In this document: positions 61,802 to 64,000 of the stretch, piece by piece
How positions within the stretch are numbered: position 1 is the stretch's first letter
Layout of the letters: each line of letters begins with the position of its first letter
Assembly (NCBI GenBank): GCA_963713495.1
Contig: CAVQLX010000006.1
Location: 59,747 to 123,746, forward strand
Reading direction: 5' to 3'
Source: an uncultured delta proteobacterium
Lineage (GTDB): Bacteria > Desulfobacterota > Binatia > DP-6
Length of the DNA: 64,000 nt
Notes under the pieces: model-generated
What the model was told of the DNA's origin: nothing
Databases searched by the model: none
Seen by the model: only the letters and a program-made list of their open reading frames with translations
Translations under genes and position numbers: made by a program

Positions 61802-62845
61802 ATGGGCACCGACGCGCTGGCAAGGGACCTCCACGAGCTGGAGGCGCTGTACGAGAGCTTACGTGCCCTGACGTCGACGCTCGACCTGGGGCAGATCCTG
61901 AACATGGTCCTGTCTCGTATCCGTGCGCTCCTCTCTCCCGACGCGCTCTCCCTCCTGCTCTACGACCGGCAGAACGACGAGCTGGTGTTTGCCGCCACCG
62001 AGATGCTGCGGGAGGACGACGTCCTCGAGCCGGGCGTGATCGACGGCCTCCGCCTGCGGCTCGACCAGGGTGTCGCGGGCTGGGTGGCCAGCCACCGCGA
62101 GGCGGTGCTCCTCGACGATGCCACCGCCGATCCACGGCACGAACCGGCGATCGCGCGGCAGACGGGCCTGGTCCCGAAAGGGATGATCTGCGTGCCCCTG
62201 GTCAACCGTGACCGGCTCCTCGGCGTGGTCCAGGTCATCAACCGGCTCGACGGCCGCGCCTTCACCGTCGACGACCAGCGACTGGTCCAGGCGCTCGCCG
62301 ATCACGCCGCCATCGCGATCACGCACGCCCAGCTCTATCGCGACGTCGAGCAGGCGTCCCTCACCGACGACCTCACGGGCCTCGGCAACACCCGGCACTT
62401 CCATCGCCTGTTCCCGCCGCTGCTCGATCGCGCGCAGCCGCTCTCGCTCGTGGTCCTCGACCTGGATCAGCTGAAGGCGGTGGTCGACGGCTACGGTCAT
62501 CTCGTCGGGAGCCGCACGATCGCGACGGTGGGGCGGCTGATCGGCGAGCAGCTGCGCCCGGGCGATCAAGCCGCGCGCTTCGGCGGCGACGAGTTCGTCG
62601 TCATCCTGCCGTCGACCGACACGGCCGCGGCGCTCGACGTCGCCGAGCGCATCCGCGCCGCCGTGGCGGCCTGCGCCGTGCCGGACGGCCTGGAGGTCGA
62701 CATCCGCGGCGTCACCGCGAGCATCGGCGTCGCGACGGCGCCGCGGCACGCCACCGATCCCGACGGGCTCTTCCGCGCCGCCGACGCGGCGATGTACGCC
62801 GTCAAGCGAATCGCCAAGAACGGCGTCGCCGCCGCCGAGAGCTGA
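61802..62845 (+). CDS. GAF-domain diguanylate cyclase (GGDEF)
   Basis: GAF region (VAGWVASHREAVLLDD...CVPLVNRDRLLGVVQVIN), then DDLTGLGNTRHF...RFGGDEFVVIL (GG[D/E]EF active site). Confidence 0.85.
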   Translation: MGTDALARDLHELEALYESLRALTSTLDLGQILNMVLSRIRALLSPDALSLLLYDRQNDELVFAATEMLREDDVLEPGVIDGLRLRLDQGVAGWVASHREAVLLDDATADPRHEPAIARQTGLVPKGMICVPLVNRDRLLGVVQVINRLDGRAFTVDDQRLVQALADHAAIAITHAQLYRDVEQASLTDDLTGLGNTRHFHRLFPPLLDRAQPLSLVVLDLDQLKAVVDGYGHLVGSRTIATVGRLIGEQLRPGDQAARFGGDEFVVILPSTDTAAALDVAERIRAAVAACAVPDGLEVDIRGVTASIGVATAPRHATDPDGLFRAADAAMYAVKRIAKNGVAAAES

Positions 62846-62866
62846 TCGAGCCGCGGTCCGGCTGTT

Positions 62867-63262
62867 CTAGTCGGGCCCTTCGGTCGTCGCCGCGATGAGC
62901 CACTGGCTCTCGAGACCCGCGGCGCGGTGGACGCCGATCTCCTGCACCTCCGGGTCGGTGGCGATCGCGAGAAATGCCTGGCGCGACGGGTATTCGACGA
63001 GGCCGATCATCTGGAATCCCTCGCCGCCCGTCCCGATCACCTGCGAGTCGACCCGGCCGACCCAGAGAAAGCGACCGCCCCGCGATTCGACGATGGTGCG
63101 CATCGCGTCGGCATAGCGCCGGTACGCCTCTTCGCCGGACAGGCCCTCGTCCGGCGCGTCCGCCCGTGGCTTGAACCGCAGCAGGTTGACCATGACCACC
63201 GGGCGGTCGGCCGGACCGGTGAGCAGGTCCTGTATCTGTTCCGGAGCCGGATAGATCGCCAT
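62867..63262 (-). CDS. DUF1330-family protein
   Basis: MAIYPAPEQIQDLLTGPADRPVVMVNLLRFK...GRFLWVGRVDSQVIG...IGLVEYPSRQAFLA. Confidence 0.7.
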   Translation of the reverse strand: MAIYPAPEQIQDLLTGPADRPVVMVNLLRFKPRADAPDEGLSGEEAYRRYADAMRTIVESRGGRFLWVGRVDSQVIGTGGEGFQMIGLVEYPSRQAFLAIATDPEVQEIGVHRAAGLESQWLIAATTEGPD

Positions 63263-63326
63263 CGTGTCTTCTCCCTGGTGGGGGGTTGCGGTTATGGCAT
63301 GCACCATGCCACAAGTGCCGCGCGCA

Positions 63327-63944
63327 ATGACAGCCGAATCGCAGCCGATGTCGGATGACGGCCGGGTGCGCCGGGCCGAGCGGAGCGGGCGCGCCATCGT
63401 CGAGGCATTGATGGGCCTGGTGGGGGAGGGGGTCCTCGAGCCCACGGCGCAGCAAGTGGCGTCGCGCGCAGGGGTCGGCATCCGGACGGTGTTCCGGCGA
63501 TTCTCCGACATGGAGAGCCTCTTCGCCGAGATCAGCGCGCGCCTGCGGGCCGAGAGCCTGCCGGTGCTGAACGGGAATCGGCCGGGTGGCGCGCTCGCGA
63601 CGCGAGCGCGCGCCATGGTCGAACGGCGGGTCGCGTTCTTCGAGCGCGTCGCGCCGTACAAGCGTGCGGCGAACTTGAAGCGCTGGCGATCGCCCTTTCT
63701 GCGCGACGGCCACGCGAACCTGGTGCGCGGGTTGCGTGCGGATCTGCTGCGCTGGCTCCCCGAGCTGCGTCGTGCGCCCGCGGGCGTGGCCGAGGCGCTC
63801 GATCTCGCGACGTCGTTCGAGGCCTGGGATCGACTGCGCACGGAGCAGCGCCTCGGCCGCGACCGCGCGCAGCTGGCGGTCGAGCGCATGGTCGTCAGCC
63901 TCGTCGCCCAGCTCCCCCGTCGGGCTGGAGGGAGCAACGCATGA
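63327..63944 (+). CDS. TetR/AcrR-family transcriptional regulator
   Basis: HTH TAQQVASRAGVGIRTVFRRFSDMESL followed by a helical ligand-binding domain. Confidence 0.75.
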   Translation: MTAESQPMSDDGRVRRAERSGRAIVEALMGLVGEGVLEPTAQQVASRAGVGIRTVFRRFSDMESLFAEISARLRAESLPVLNGNRPGGALATRARAMVERRVAFFERVAPYKRAANLKRWRSPFLRDGHANLVRGLRADLLRWLPELRRAPAGVAEALDLATSFEAWDRLRTEQRLGRDRAQLAVERMVVSLVAQLPRRAGGSNA

Positions 63945-64000
63945 TCGGCCAGGGCTCGGGTGCTGCGGGCGTCTACCGCGTCCACGGGATGATGCAGTCC
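63941..64000 (+). CDS. 5' end of a further CDS running out of the window (function unknown)
   Basis: ATGA start/stop overlap with the TetR gene; MIGQGSGAAGVYRVHGMMQS... Confidence 0.3.
   Translation, partial: MIGQGSGAAGVYRVHGMMQS

Overview
This is a 64 kb, very GC-rich (~70%) bacterial fragment with densely packed genes on both strands. Lipoprotein lipoboxes, twin-arginine signal peptides, GGAGG ribosome-binding sites and a Myxococcus-type cysteine-rich repeat protein suggest a Gram-negative, possibly Myxococcota-like source. I did not detect any rRNA, tRNA, CRISPR array, integrase or transposase. The content is dominated by secreted or lipoprotein enzymes, small-molecule metabolism genes and signalling proteins.

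Secreted and lipoprotein enzymes: arylsulfatase, a PHM-like copper monooxygenase, a Tat metallophosphoesterase, a penicillin-acylase-family Ntn hydrolase, phospholipase C, a bacterial lysyl-oxidase homologue, an esterase, a GH31 enzyme, a trypsin-like protease, an M28 peptidase and serine hydrolases.

Small-molecule metabolism: KatA-type catalase, short-chain dehydrogenases, an LLM oxidoreductase, an acyl-CoA dehydrogenase, a glutathione S-transferase and a GNAT acetyltransferase.

Signalling and regulation: a GAF-GGDEF protein, an alpha/beta-hydrolase fused to a class III cyclase, and TetR and XRE-cupin regulators.

Two global observations stand out:
- At least a dozen otherwise well-conserved genes are split across reading frames by apparent single-base indels. 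Catalase alone shows four or more frame changes. This looks more like homopolymer sequencing error than decay, so I have annotated such genes as single CDSs with frameshifts.
- Independently, the window contains true gene remnants (N-terminally truncated or tail-only). These indicate real gene flux.

The most unusual signals are:
- a roughly 100-aa cysteine-containing helical C-terminal module, usually behind a Thr-rich linker, found on four unrelated secreted proteins plus one tail remnant;
- a membrane-anchored TIR-domain protein;
- a translationally coupled LOG / RNase II-family gene pair;
- a roughly 150-bp tandem repeat array encoding BNR/Asp-box propeller blades at the window start;
- two C11/G11 homopolymer tracts in a promoter region.
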